A program made the translations under genes and the position numbers. Below are positions 27,348 through 36,471 of a stretch of 64,000 bases of DNA, one piece after another. The stretch is from Deltaproteobacteria bacterium UBA5329 (GTDB taxonomy: Bacteria; Desulfobacterota; Syntrophorhabdia; Syntrophorhabdales; Syntrophorhabdaceae): NCBI GenBank assembly GCA_002408185.1, contig DHQV01000055.1, forward strand, positions 68,332-132,331, read 5' to 3'. Positions within the stretch are counted from its first letter, which is position 1, and each line of letters begins with the position of its first letter. The notes below the pieces were generated by a model. It made no database searches. It saw nothing but the letters and a program-made list of their open reading frames with translations, and was not told the origin of the DNA.

Positions 27348-27377
27348 AATATAGCAATTGGGCCACATTTTTGTCAA
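27348..27377 (-). promoter_or_regulatory. Putative sigma-70 promoter of rpoD
   Basis: On the minus strand, TTGACA (27377-27372), an 18-nt spacer, then TATATT (27353-27348). Confidence 0.45.
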
Positions 27378-27488
27378 GGTGGTTTTTGACGGGTTTGTGA
27401 ATTTATCCACACATGAAAATTATCTATCGGAATTGGATTGACTAAGGCAGAAAATGAGTTATAAAGTGCTAAAAGGGAGGGAAAAATC

Positions 27489-27944
27489 ATGTTCAAAAAG
27501 ATATTATGTCCTGTCGATTTTTCGCAATTTACACAAGAGGTCATCAACTATGCTCTGGACCTTGCAAAAAAGTACGGCGCAGAACTTCATCTCATGCATG
27601 TCGTCCCGAACATGACGTATTTCACGCCGTACGAATCGTTCCTTACACCGGAGAACCTTGTTGCAATTGAAAAGAACATCCAGGACGAAGTCGAAAGAGA
27701 TTTTGCGAAACTGCTCAAAGGCAATGGCGTACCCACCAAAACGGTCATAAGGACAGGTGTGCCGTTCGTTGAGATCATCGATTACGCGAAATCGGAGTCC
27801 ATTGATCTCATCGTCATGGGAACGCATGGCCGCAGCGCTATAGAGAATATCCTGATAGGCAACGTGGCAGAGAAAGTCGTCCGTAAATCCCCCTGCCCGG
27901 TAATGACCATCAGGCCGAAGGGGAAAGAGTTCAAAATGCCGTAA
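27489..27944 (+). CDS. Universal stress protein (UspA family)
   Basis: MFKKILCPVDFS..., ATP-binding G-x2-G-x9-G(S/T)-like region GTHGRSAIENILIGNVAEKVVRKSPCPVM. Confidence 0.85.
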   Translation: MFKKILCPVDFSQFTQEVINYALDLAKKYGAELHLMHVVPNMTYFTPYESFLTPENLVAIEKNIQDEVERDFAKLLKGNGVPTKTVIRTGVPFVEIIDYAKSESIDLIVMGTHGRSAIENILIGNVAEKVVRKSPCPVMTIRPKGKEFKMP

Positions 27945-28031
27945 TAAGGCTGGTTGTAGGTGATGGGTTATGGGCGCGAAAAAAAATCGCGAGCCCATAT
28001 CCGCCTAATTCGGGATTTGTAGACGCTGTCA

Positions 28032-29375
28032 CTATCCGTTGCCAATCCTCTTGTATAACTCCTTGATGTTTCGGATCGTCACGATCTCAATGTTGGAGGT
28101 GTCGTGTGTGCCGTCGGCGGGGCAGAAGATGCGCCGGATGCCTATGCGCTGGCATTCCTTTATCCTGAGGTCCATGTTGACTATCTTGCGTAACTCGCCG
28201 GTAAGCCCTATCTCGCCGAAGAATGCGGTGTCGCGGCCAAGGGTGGTTTCTTTGAAGCTTGACAGGATGGACGCGGCGACAGCGAGATCGATGCCCGGTT
28301 CGTTGACCTTCATGCCGCCGGTAACATTTACGTAAATATCCCTGTCAAAGAAGGGTTTTCCGATGGCCTTTTCTACAACGGAGATCAGGATGAAGAGACG
28401 GTTGACGTCGTAGCCGAGCGAAAGGCGCCTTGGCATCGAGAAATTTGTCTTCTGGGTGATGGCCTGCACCTCGAGTATGATGGGGCGAGATCCCGTGATA
28501 TAAGGGAAAAGGCTGCTTCCTTCCCCGATCTCGCCGCGTTGTGACATAAAGAACTGTGACGGATTCTCGACACTTGTGAGGCCGCCTCCCGACATCTGGA
28601 AGATCCCCACCTCCTCGACGGCGCCATACCTGTTCTTGATCGTCCTAAGAAGACGGTACGGGAGCATCTTGTCGCCTTCAAAGTAAAGGACGGTATCTAC
28701 CATGTGCTCGAGTATCTTCGGGCCAGCTATAGCTCCTTCCTTCGTGACATGCCCAATAACGATAAAACTTGTATCTGCGGCCTTGGCTTCCATGGTAAGG
28801 CGGGTGGCAACATCTTTGACCTGGCCCATGCTTCCCGGAAGCATCGGCAGTTTCGGGTTATAGATGGATTGTACAGAATCGACGATAAGGAGGCCGTAGC
28901 GTTCCTCGGCCATTGCTGACAGGATGTCGTCCAGGTGATTTGTCGTCAGGAAGGCGAAGCGCGCGGCAAGCCCCAGTCTTTTTTTTCGGGAGGCCAGCTG
29001 CTTGAGGGACTCCTCTCCGGAGACATAGAGGACCTTTACGCCGCGTTCAGTCAGCTTTGAAGCGATCTCGAAGCATAAGGTTGTCTTGCCTATTCCCGGG
29101 TCCCCGCCAAGCAGAATGGCTGAACCTGTTGTCATGCCGCCGCCGAGGACGCGGTCCATCTCCTCGATCCCCGTGACGATGCGTTCCTCATCGGCAAGTT
29201 CCTCGTCGGACAATATGACCGGCCGTCTCTGTTCCTTTCCGTTGGCCTTCGCGACGGGTGCCATTTCCTTGAACGTGTCCCAACCCTGGCACATCGGGCA
29301 TTTACCCAGCCACTTCAGGGATTCGTACCCGCACGTCGTGCAGGCGAAAAACGATTTTTTGGTCGATTTACTCAA
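28032..29375 (-). CDS. radA: DNA repair protein RadA/Sms
   Basis: Zinc finger CTTCGYESLKWLGKCPMC, Walker A GGDPGIGKTT, KNRYG motif, Lon-like C-terminal domain. Confidence 0.95.
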   Translation of the reverse strand: MSKSTKKSFFACTTCGYESLKWLGKCPMCQGWDTFKEMAPVAKANGKEQRRPVILSDEELADEERIVTGIEEMDRVLGGGMTTGSAILLGGDPGIGKTTLCFEIASKLTERGVKVLYVSGEESLKQLASRKKRLGLAARFAFLTTNHLDDILSAMAEERYGLLIVDSVQSIYNPKLPMLPGSMGQVKDVATRLTMEAKAADTSFIVIGHVTKEGAIAGPKILEHMVDTVLYFEGDKMLPYRLLRTIKNRYGAVEEVGIFQMSGGGLTSVENPSQFFMSQRGEIGEGSSLFPYITGSRPIILEVQAITQKTNFSMPRRLSLGYDVNRLFILISVVEKAIGKPFFDRDIYVNVTGGMKVNEPGIDLAVAASILSSFKETTLGRDTAFFGEIGLTGELRKIVNMDLRIKECQRIGIRRIFCPADGTHDTSNIEIVTIRNIKELYKRIGNG

Positions 29376-30165
29376 GATCTGCCCCGGTATGAAGCCGTAT
29401 CAGCCTTGCCTGGTATTCCATGAGCTTCACGAGCCATTCCCTGTTCCTGGGGAGTTCCCGGGGCGAGACCTCGTACGTGATCATCCCTTCATACCCGAGC
29501 CGCCGGACGGTATTCAAGAACCTAGCTATCGGTAGATCACCCCGGCCAAGAAAAAGATGGCTTTCATGGCTGCCGTGATCGCTCAGATGAATGTTCTTCA
29601 GGCGCCCCGTTCTCATTACCTTGATAAAAGGCACGATAATATCGTTCCCAAAAGTTGCCAGGTGGGTTGTGTCAAATGTGAAATAGAGGTTATGCGCAAC
29701 CCCGAAGCCTATCAGGTCATTGATATCGTTGAAGAAGTAGGACTCCAGCATGAGCCGCTTGCCGGCCCGAGGCATGTTTTCGATCGTAAGCGCTATATCG
29801 CTGCAGTCGAGTTCTTTATGGAAATCGTCAACGCTGTTGAGCCATCTTGCAAACCCTATCTCCATCGTAAGCCAGGCCGGCGGGTGAAAATTCACGACGC
29901 TTGCTCCCAAGACGTGGGCGATGTCGATCGTTCTTTTCAGCTCCTCTACCTTTGTTCCCCACTTCTTCATTTTCAGGAACGGTGCGTGGATGGTGTGGAC
30001 AGGAAGGATATCGCAGCACGCCACAACCCTGTCGAGATATCCGTCGCTCATGAATCGCTGATCGATGACGACCTCGCAGCCGTCAAAATGGGCCTCTCGC
30101 GCAAGCAGAAATATCTCTTCGATAGGAAGGTGGTAGAGGCAGCCTGTTGAAAAGATATATTTCAT
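29368..30165 (-). CDS. Sugar phosphate isomerase/epimerase (xylose isomerase-like TIM barrel)
   Basis: AP_endonuc_2-type pattern (FDGCEV, HAPF, ENMP, HLSD). ATGA overlap with the upstream peptidase gene and an 8-nt overlap with radA. Confidence 0.65.
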   Translation of the reverse strand: MKYIFSTGCLYHLPIEEIFLLAREAHFDGCEVVIDQRFMSDGYLDRVVACCDILPVHTIHAPFLKMKKWGTKVEELKRTIDIAHVLGASVVNFHPPAWLTMEIGFARWLNSVDDFHKELDCSDIALTIENMPRAGKRLMLESYFFNDINDLIGFGVAHNLYFTFDTTHLATFGNDIIVPFIKVMRTGRLKNIHLSDHGSHESHLFLGRGDLPIARFLNTVRRLGYEGMITYEVSPRELPRNREWLVKLMEYQARLIRLHTGADLE

Positions 30166-31334
30166 ACAATAATGATGTTGTCATCGATATCTGTGATTAC
30201 GCGGCATTTACCATTCGTGAAGTGGACGGTGTTCTCGTAACCGCAGCAGCCTTTCCGGGGCCAGACCATTTTCGGCTCGATGGCGAAAACCTCTCCGTCT
30301 TCGATCGGATATGTGTGCGTGGCAGCGATGAACGGAAATTCACTAAGCTCGATCCCTATGCCGTGTCCGAGAAATCTCACCTTGTGCGGTTTAAATCCAA
30401 GATAATAGTCTGCGTACCCCGCTTTTTCCGCGAGTTCTTTCGAATACTCAAAAAGCTCTTTGCTGGTATAGCCTTCAACCACTTTTTCAAGAACGCGGTC
30501 ATGAATATCCTTGCAGGTCCAGTAGGCCCTGGCGAACAGGTCCGGCATTGACCCGATGGCGTACATCCTTGTCTGGTCGACCTGATACCCGTGATAGCAG
30601 ATCCCGAAATCGATCAGGATCGGCTCGTTCTTCTTTATTTTCTTGAAACTCGCACCGACGGGAAAGGCCGGCGACAGGCCCAATCCTCCCATCGGGGAAT
30701 CGGACTGGCTGACGATACTGCCGGTGCGTCCGCTGAGGATATGCCATGTATAGGCCTCATAATTGAGTGAACGGACCCTTAATAGCCCCTCATGTCCCAG
30801 CGACTTGGCATATGCCTCCATATTGCCGCCAACCTCGATCTCTGTTGCGCCTTCGCGGAGAAATTCGGGTACCTTTGCATAGACCTTCCGGCTGATCTGT
30901 GCGGCCTTTTCCATGATCGCAATTTCAAAAGGTGATTTCTTCCTCCGAATCTCCCTGGTAAGGGGCGAACAATCGACGAACTCGACATTACCGAGGAGAT
31001 TTTTAAACTTCATTACATCATTGTACGGTATAACGTCGAGTTGCACACCGATACGTTCCATCGGTTTGAGGTGCTGCGGGATGTCCTTGATCGAACGGTA
31101 CGGGACGATATTTGAAAGGGGGGACTCCCTGCGCGCCCTGGATATCTCCCGCTTTACGAACAATATGGGCTCTGTGTCCAGGGGAACGAAGAGAAGGGAA
31201 TCCTGCATTGTCCCGGAGAGATAGTAATAATCGATCTTGTAATGAAAAAAGGCCCCATCGAGAGAGGCCTTCTCCATTAACACTTTCAGTTTTTCGATAC
31301 GTGTATCTATTTCTTCTTTTGGAGCATATTTCAT
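30162..31334 (-). CDS. M24 family Xaa-Pro peptidase / creatinase-like hydrolase
   Basis: Creatinase-type N-domain followed by a pita-bread domain (YHGYQVDQTR, GHGIGIELSEFP, EPKM). ATG at 31334. The track start at 31352 is a TTG. Confidence 0.75.
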   Translation of the reverse strand: MKYAPKEEIDTRIEKLKVLMEKASLDGAFFHYKIDYYYLSGTMQDSLLFVPLDTEPILFVKREISRARRESPLSNIVPYRSIKDIPQHLKPMERIGVQLDVIPYNDVMKFKNLLGNVEFVDCSPLTREIRRKKSPFEIAIMEKAAQISRKVYAKVPEFLREGATEIEVGGNMEAYAKSLGHEGLLRVRSLNYEAYTWHILSGRTGSIVSQSDSPMGGLGLSPAFPVGASFKKIKKNEPILIDFGICYHGYQVDQTRMYAIGSMPDLFARAYWTCKDIHDRVLEKVVEGYTSKELFEYSKELAEKAGYADYYLGFKPHKVRFLGHGIGIELSEFPFIAATHTYPIEDGEVFAIEPKMVWPRKGCCGYENTVHFTNGKCRVITDIDDNIIIV

Positions 31335-31459
31335 AAAACTAATCCTGAACAAATTTCAAATCATGTTGTCGTGACCCGACGCAAGCAAAGCTTTGAAGCC
31401 GGGTGCCCCGGCATTACAGCGGGAAGACAACGAAGAGAGCGGCGCGATATGGAACCTGA

Positions 31460-32230
31460 CTATTCGTCTTTCCAGACCGCCTTCCTCTTTTCCATAAATG
31501 CCGCGATGCCTTCGACTGCGTCTTTTGTCTTCATGCAGCCGTCGAGGTAGCATATCTCTGATGCCCGAAGCGCTTCGAGAAAATTGACATTGAGCCCAGC
31601 CTTGATAGCGCGCTTGGTCCACATTGCGACCGGGCGACTCTGTTTCAGGAAACCGTCCATGAATTTCTGGGCTTCTTCCTTGAAGTTCTCGACGGGCAGC
31701 ACAACGTTGACAAGGCCCATCTGCTTAGCTTCCTGTGCGCCGATGATCTTTCCTGTCAGGAGAAGTTCATATGTGTTTTTGAGGCCGATGATCTTCGGGA
31801 ACCATGCCGCGGCGATCGGCGGGAATACGCCGACCGCGATCTCGGGCTGGCCGATCTTGGCTTTTTCCGACGCGATAACGATATCACAGAATGCCATGAG
31901 CTCACATCCGCCGCCGAGCGATCTGCCGTTCACGAGCGCAACGGTCGTGCAGTCCAGTTCCTCCATAAGGCGGAACATCCGGTGGAAGATCTCGATCATA
32001 TCGAGGACCTTGTCTTCCGTATGGTCGGCTACGTCGACGCCGTCGCAGAATGCCTTGTCGCCGGCATGATCGAAGACGAGAAGCTGGATTGTCGGGTCTT
32101 TCTTGACATCCTGAATAGCCTCGACGATCTCCCTCATCATGAGGATCGTCAGCCAGTTGGATACCGGTTCATTCAATGTGATCGTTGCAACCTTGTTTTT
32201 CTTTTCAAACGTAATATGTGTAAAGGCCAT
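31460..32230 (-). CDS. dch: Crotonase-family hydratase, likely cyclohexa-1,5-diene-1-carbonyl-CoA hydratase
   Basis: Enoyl-CoA hydratase fold (GGGCELMAFCD). Assignment rests on its position next to bamA and had. Confidence 0.6.
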   Translation of the reverse strand: MAFTHITFEKKNKVATITLNEPVSNWLTILMMREIVEAIQDVKKDPTIQLLVFDHAGDKAFCDGVDVADHTEDKVLDMIEIFHRMFRLMEELDCTTVALVNGRSLGGGCELMAFCDIVIASEKAKIGQPEIAVGVFPPIAAAWFPKIIGLKNTYELLLTGKIIGAQEAKQMGLVNVVLPVENFKEEAQKFMDGFLKQSRPVAMWTKRAIKAGLNVNFLEALRASEICYLDGCMKTKDAVEGIAAFMEKRKAVWKDE

Positions 32231-32247
32231 AGCTATACTCCTTTTTC

Positions 32248-32279
32248 AAAAAAAATAGGGGGGATATTATCCCCCCTAT
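32248..32279 (-). terminator. Strong intrinsic terminator after bamA
   Basis: 12-bp perfect stem ATAGGGGGGATA/TATCCCCCCTAT followed on the minus strand by eight U. Starts 15 nt after the bamA stop. Confidence 0.8.
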
Positions 32280-32293
32280 GGTTTTCAGGCTTA

Positions 32294-33442
32294 CTACTTC
32301 GCCTGCGGTTTGCCGAAGATCTGTTCGAAGTATTCGTCGTTGTTCAGGGCGCCCTGTGCGATGAGCTGGCGGTTCTTGATGAAGTCGATCGTATCCATGC
32401 CGGTGATCTTCTTCGTGTTGAATGCGCCGAAACCTGCGAAGGCCTCGCCCATCATGTTGGTGGCCAGCCAGTAACGGTGGTCGTTCTTGATCTGGTCCCA
32501 CCAGAATTTCTTCTTCTGGCGGATGCCGTCGATGGCCTTGTGGAGGCAGCCCGGGAACAGGTTTGCGAAGGTCCAGAGGATCTTCTGGACTTCTGCGTCG
32601 ACCAGCGCGAAGTCGTAGTCGTTGTTTTTCAGCTTCTCGTTGACCCAGGCCCTGGCGTCTTTCGCTTCCTGGCCGGCTTTCGGTTCGCCGTAAACGATCT
32701 CGCCGTTTTTCACGTAGGCGTCCGTGATGACCTGCGGGTTGCGTACCCAGTTGCCCTTGTCGTCTTTCAGGACGGGGAGGGCCTTGGAGATGAGGTTTTT
32801 GGCTTTCATCTTGTATGCTGACCACATTTCGCAACTCACGCAGTTCCACATTGCATCTTCCATGCTGAGGAACCACGGGAGGAAGTCAGAGGAGCCGCCG
32901 ACAGGGGCGCTGCCGTGTCTCGGGCCTGCCTGACCGAAAATCGCGAGGTCAGAGGAGATCGCGATGTCGCATGCAAGGCCGATTTCCTGGCCGCCGGCAA
33001 CGCGCATGCCGTTTACGCGGCAGAGAACCGGTTTTTTGCACATGAGAATGCTGTCAACCATATTGTTGAAAAGTTCCATGTATGCGCCGTATTCTTCCGG
33101 CCTTTTGCTGTAATATTCTGAATACTCTTTCGTGTTGCCGCCGGTGCAGAATGCATTCGGGCCGGTACCGGTGAAGACAACCGCAACAACTTCGCGGTCC
33201 GTCGAGGAGTTCTCGAAGCCGGCGATGACACCCTTTACCATTTCCGTTGTGTAGGAATTGTACTGGGCGGGGTTATTGAGTATGATCCATGCGACGTAGA
33301 GCCCGGGAATGACATTGCCCTTCGGGTCCGTCAGTGGTCTTTTTTCATAGACCGTACAGGGAGCATCCGTGCCCCACCACTGTGTTCCATGCCTGTTGTG
33401 GTCTTTCAATCCGCCTTCTCTTGGCATCCATTCTAATCCCAT
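32294..33442 (-). CDS. bamA: 6-oxocyclohex-1-ene-1-carbonyl-CoA hydrolase (ring-cleaving, BamA/Oah)
   Basis: Crotonase-family protein of about 380 aa carrying PAQYNSYTTEMV and AGGQEIGLACD, which I recognise as BamA/Oah signature regions. ATG 33442 is preceded by TAGGAGG. Confidence 0.85.
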   Translation of the reverse strand: MGLEWMPREGGLKDHNRHGTQWWGTDAPCTVYEKRPLTDPKGNVIPGLYVAWIILNNPAQYNSYTTEMVKGVIAGFENSSTDREVVAVVFTGTGPNAFCTGGNTKEYSEYYSKRPEEYGAYMELFNNMVDSILMCKKPVLCRVNGMRVAGGQEIGLACDIAISSDLAIFGQAGPRHGSAPVGGSSDFLPWFLSMEDAMWNCVSCEMWSAYKMKAKNLISKALPVLKDDKGNWVRNPQVITDAYVKNGEIVYGEPKAGQEAKDARAWVNEKLKNNDYDFALVDAEVQKILWTFANLFPGCLHKAIDGIRQKKKFWWDQIKNDHRYWLATNMMGEAFAGFGAFNTKKITGMDTIDFIKNRQLIAQGALNNDEYFEQIFGKPQAK

Positions 33443-33475
33443 ACTTTTCCTCCTAAAGTTTTTGTGTAACAACCT

Positions 33476-34585
33476 TTAAAAATCAGGTGTCAGGACTACG
33501 CGTTTCGCAGGCGAGCCTGCTTTGTGGATCTCGTCAAATGTTGCTGCGATCGTGCTCATCGGCCGTACGTCGACGAACGGGTCGATCTGAATCTTCTTGT
33601 TGAGGACCATGTCGAGAACGATCGGGTAATACTCGGGCAGACAGCCCCATGTACCGATAACTTCGGCGTCGAAGGCCATCAGTTTCGAGAACATGTATTC
33701 GCTCTTCGCCATGCCGAAGCCGACGAGGATAAGCTTGCCGACGAAGGAGAGAAGGTCAAGCGCGAGATCCTGACCAGCCTTGGCGCCGGTAACTTCGAAT
33801 ATCTTCCATCCCGTGTTGGGGAGGCCATTGGCTTTGCAATAGCTCCTCCATTCGCCAACGACATCCTTGTTTGTCTTGTCGAGCGTTGAGATCGTCAGGT
33901 CGCAGCCATAGTCGAGGGCCCTTTTCAGCTTCTCGGGGTTACGAGCGATGCCGATGACTGTCTTCGCGCCGAGCGCTTTCAGGGTCTGGGCCATGTAGAC
34001 GCCCACGCCGCCGGTTGCGCCGATAACGATGCAATTGTCGCCAGGCTGCAGGTCTGCTCTCTTGCTTGCCTGGTATGGTGTTGTTACAGCGTCCGCAACG
34101 ACTGCGAGCTGTTCCAGCTTATAGCCTTTCTTGTCCCGGACAAGGCAAAGATCGACCGTGGGAACGACGATGTGGCTTGCGAAGCCGCCCCAGTAGCCGA
34201 TCGAGTTGCCGGGCATCTTCTGGGCGAGGCATCTGTTGCCCCTGCCGGTCTTGCAAAGGTCGCACTGACGGCACGGCATAACGGCGGGGATTATGACCTC
34301 TTTTCCCACCCATGCAGGATCGCCGGCGATAACGGTACCTGCGATCTCGTGGCCCAATGCCAGCGGGGGTTTGCTGACGGTCGGTACGCCGTCATAGAAA
34401 TAGCCAAGGTCGGTGTGGCATACGCCGCATCCTGCGATCTCGACGAGAACTTCGCCGGCTTTCAGTTCCGGAACCGGGACCTCTGCGATTTCCAGTTTGC
34501 CGGGTGTGGTTTCCTTTGTCTCTCTGTTATAGACGGTCGGCTGAACCATCTGCCACTGTTTTATTGTTTTTGGTACATCTCCCAT
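33476..34585 (-). CDS. had: Zn-dependent alcohol dehydrogenase family, likely 6-hydroxycyclohex-1-ene-1-carbonyl-CoA dehydrogenase
   Basis: GCGVCHTD and GHEIAG zinc motifs and a GATGGVG NAD fold. Lies directly upstream of bamA. Confidence 0.7.
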   Translation of the reverse strand: MGDVPKTIKQWQMVQPTVYNRETKETTPGKLEIAEVPVPELKAGEVLVEIAGCGVCHTDLGYFYDGVPTVSKPPLALGHEIAGTVIAGDPAWVGKEVIIPAVMPCRQCDLCKTGRGNRCLAQKMPGNSIGYWGGFASHIVVPTVDLCLVRDKKGYKLEQLAVVADAVTTPYQASKRADLQPGDNCIVIGATGGVGVYMAQTLKALGAKTVIGIARNPEKLKRALDYGCDLTISTLDKTNKDVVGEWRSYCKANGLPNTGWKIFEVTGAKAGQDLALDLLSFVGKLILVGFGMAKSEYMFSKLMAFDAEVIGTWGCLPEYYPIVLDMVLNKKIQIDPFVDVRPMSTIAATFDEIHKAGSPAKRVVLTPDF

Positions 34586-34635
34586 TACGAAACCTCCTTA
34601 TATATTTGAGTGAACGCTACCCACCTCCTTGATTC

Positions 34636-35388
34636 TTACGTCATTCCGTAGCCGCCATCGACGCACAGAAGCTGGCCCGTAATGTAGCGGGCATCGTCGG
34701 AAGCAAAGAACACGAACGCCGGTGCAACGTCTTCAGGGTCCGCGTATCTTCCAAGAAGGATCCTTTTCGTGTATATCTCTTTGAGTTTTTCGTCGGTGGA
34801 TATTGTGTGGGTCATTTCTGTCGTAACAATACCGAGCGATACAACATTGGCTGTAACATTATACTTCGCAAGCTCCCTGGCCATTGACTTGGTCATGGAG
34901 ATAACGCCGCCTTTGGCGGCACTGTAGTTGATCTGGCCGATCGTGCCGACGACACCGGCGACCGATGTGACGTTAACGATACGTCCATAGCTTTGCTGCA
35001 TGAAATACTTCGATGCGGCCTTGGCCATGAGCCACGGGCCCCTCATCTGAACATTTACGACCTCGTCCCATGTATCGACGCTCATCTTATGCATCATCGA
35101 AGGCTTGGAAATACCGGCATTGTTAATGATGATATGAACGGAGCCGAACGCCTCGGCGCAGGTTTCGACTATTCTCTGCGCATCTGCTTCCTGGCCTACG
35201 TCGCCCTTCACTGCGACGGCTTTTCTCCCCATTCCCTTGATGATCTCGACGACTTCATCCGCGGCCTTCTGGTTACCGGCATAATTAACGACAACATTCG
35301 CCCCCTCCTGTGCGAATGCGACACTAATAGCCCGCCCAACTCCTCTTCCGCCGCCCGTTACAATTGCGCTCTTGCCCTCTAACTTCAT
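34636..35388 (-). CDS. Short-chain dehydrogenase/reductase (FabG-like 3-oxoacyl reductase)
   Basis: TGGGRGVGRA, NNAG, YSAAKGG. Confidence 0.85.
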   Translation of the reverse strand: MKLEGKSAIVTGGGRGVGRAISVAFAQEGANVVVNYAGNQKAADEVVEIIKGMGRKAVAVKGDVGQEADAQRIVETCAEAFGSVHIIINNAGISKPSMMHKMSVDTWDEVVNVQMRGPWLMAKAASKYFMQQSYGRIVNVTSVAGVVGTIGQINYSAAKGGVISMTKSMARELAKYNVTANVVSLGIVTTEMTHTISTDEKLKEIYTKRILLGRYADPEDVAPAFVFFASDDARYITGQLLCVDGGYGMT

Positions 35389-35456
35389 AACGGCCTCTCC
35401 TTTTCGTCGTTTTCTAAATCTAAAAGGTGCTAATTGTGAAAATTTTTATAAACTTT

Positions 35457-35486
35457 ATATTATCTTTCAGGCAGCATCAATGTCAA
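35457..35486 (-). promoter_or_regulatory. Putative sigma-70 promoter for the SDR-had-bamA operon
   Basis: On the minus strand, TTGACA (35486-35481), a 16-nt spacer, then GATAAT(AT). Confidence 0.4.
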
Positions 35487-35695
35487 GATAAAAGTCTTGA
35501 TATTAGGGAATTACGGGGCTATTGACGCCCATCCAGCGCATTTGTTGCATGAGACTGTCAACCATGCAATCAGGAGGGTGGATTGCGGCAACGACAGGGT
35601 ACCCGGACAACGCTTTTAGCTTGAAAAAAAAGCCGGGATGAGAAAAACTTAAAGATACGAGGTAAACCCACTGCCTATTTCCCCAGGAGGTTGAT

Positions 35696-36451
35696 ATGCC
35701 GGTTGTGCTGGAATCCACGAAAGACGATGTTTTTACGATAACGTTGAACAGGCCGGACAAGAAAAATGCGATGGATTATGACCTTCTGGCCGGTCTTTAT
35801 GAATCGATGAAAAATGCCGCCCGTCAAAAGACACCCTTCGTCGTGATCCGGGGTTCGGGTGGGGCCTTTTGCTCGGGTGGTGATATAATGGCCTTTCGGG
35901 ATGCGGATGATGCGGAGGCGCTAATTGACGCCGAGGCGGGGGTCCTTAACGAGAGCATCAAGCTTATACGCAATATCCCTGCAATTGTCATAGCCGTGAT
36001 GGAGGGTGTTGCCGTCGGGGCAGGGGTGGGGCTTGCCCTTGCCTGCGATCTTTCCATTGCCACGAAGAAGACCATCATGAATATGGGTTACCGCCGGATC
36101 GGGCTAACGCCGGATGGCGGGGGCAGCATTTTCCTTCCGCGGATCGTCGGCGCGAAGCTCTTCGGGGAAATGTACCTCCTGTCCCGGAATATAACCATGG
36201 ATGAAGCGAAGGCCCTCGGGCTTGTGAATATTGTTTGCGATGACGGGGAAATAGAAGGCAGGCTCGATGAACTCATCGCATCACTTAAGGCCCTGCCCAT
36301 GGAAACCGTCGCCAATTACAAGGACCTTGTTAACCGCTGCCTGTTCTTCGGCCTGGAAACTCATCTCGACCGGGAACGCCGCTATGTGGCCGAGTTTGCA
36401 TCGAAGCCACTTTTTAAACAGAGACTGGACGAATTCTTCCGTAAAAAATAG
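35696..36451 (+). CDS. Enoyl-CoA hydratase/isomerase family protein
   Basis: Crotonase fold: FCSGGDI, GVAVGAGVGLALACD. Confidence 0.85.
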   Translation: MPVVLESTKDDVFTITLNRPDKKNAMDYDLLAGLYESMKNAARQKTPFVVIRGSGGAFCSGGDIMAFRDADDAEALIDAEAGVLNESIKLIRNIPAIVIAVMEGVAVGAGVGLALACDLSIATKKTIMNMGYRRIGLTPDGGGSIFLPRIVGAKLFGEMYLLSRNITMDEAKALGLVNIVCDDGEIEGRLDELIASLKALPMETVANYKDLVNRCLFFGLETHLDRERRYVAEFASKPLFKQRLDEFFRKK

Positions 36452-36471
36452 CGTATGAAGGCGGGCCGTGC

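Noticed and set aside
35503-35760. The 85-aa minus-strand ORF in the divergent promoter region between the SDR and crotonase genes.
   Set aside because: It overlaps the start of the well-supported crotonase gene, and has no RBS and no motifs.
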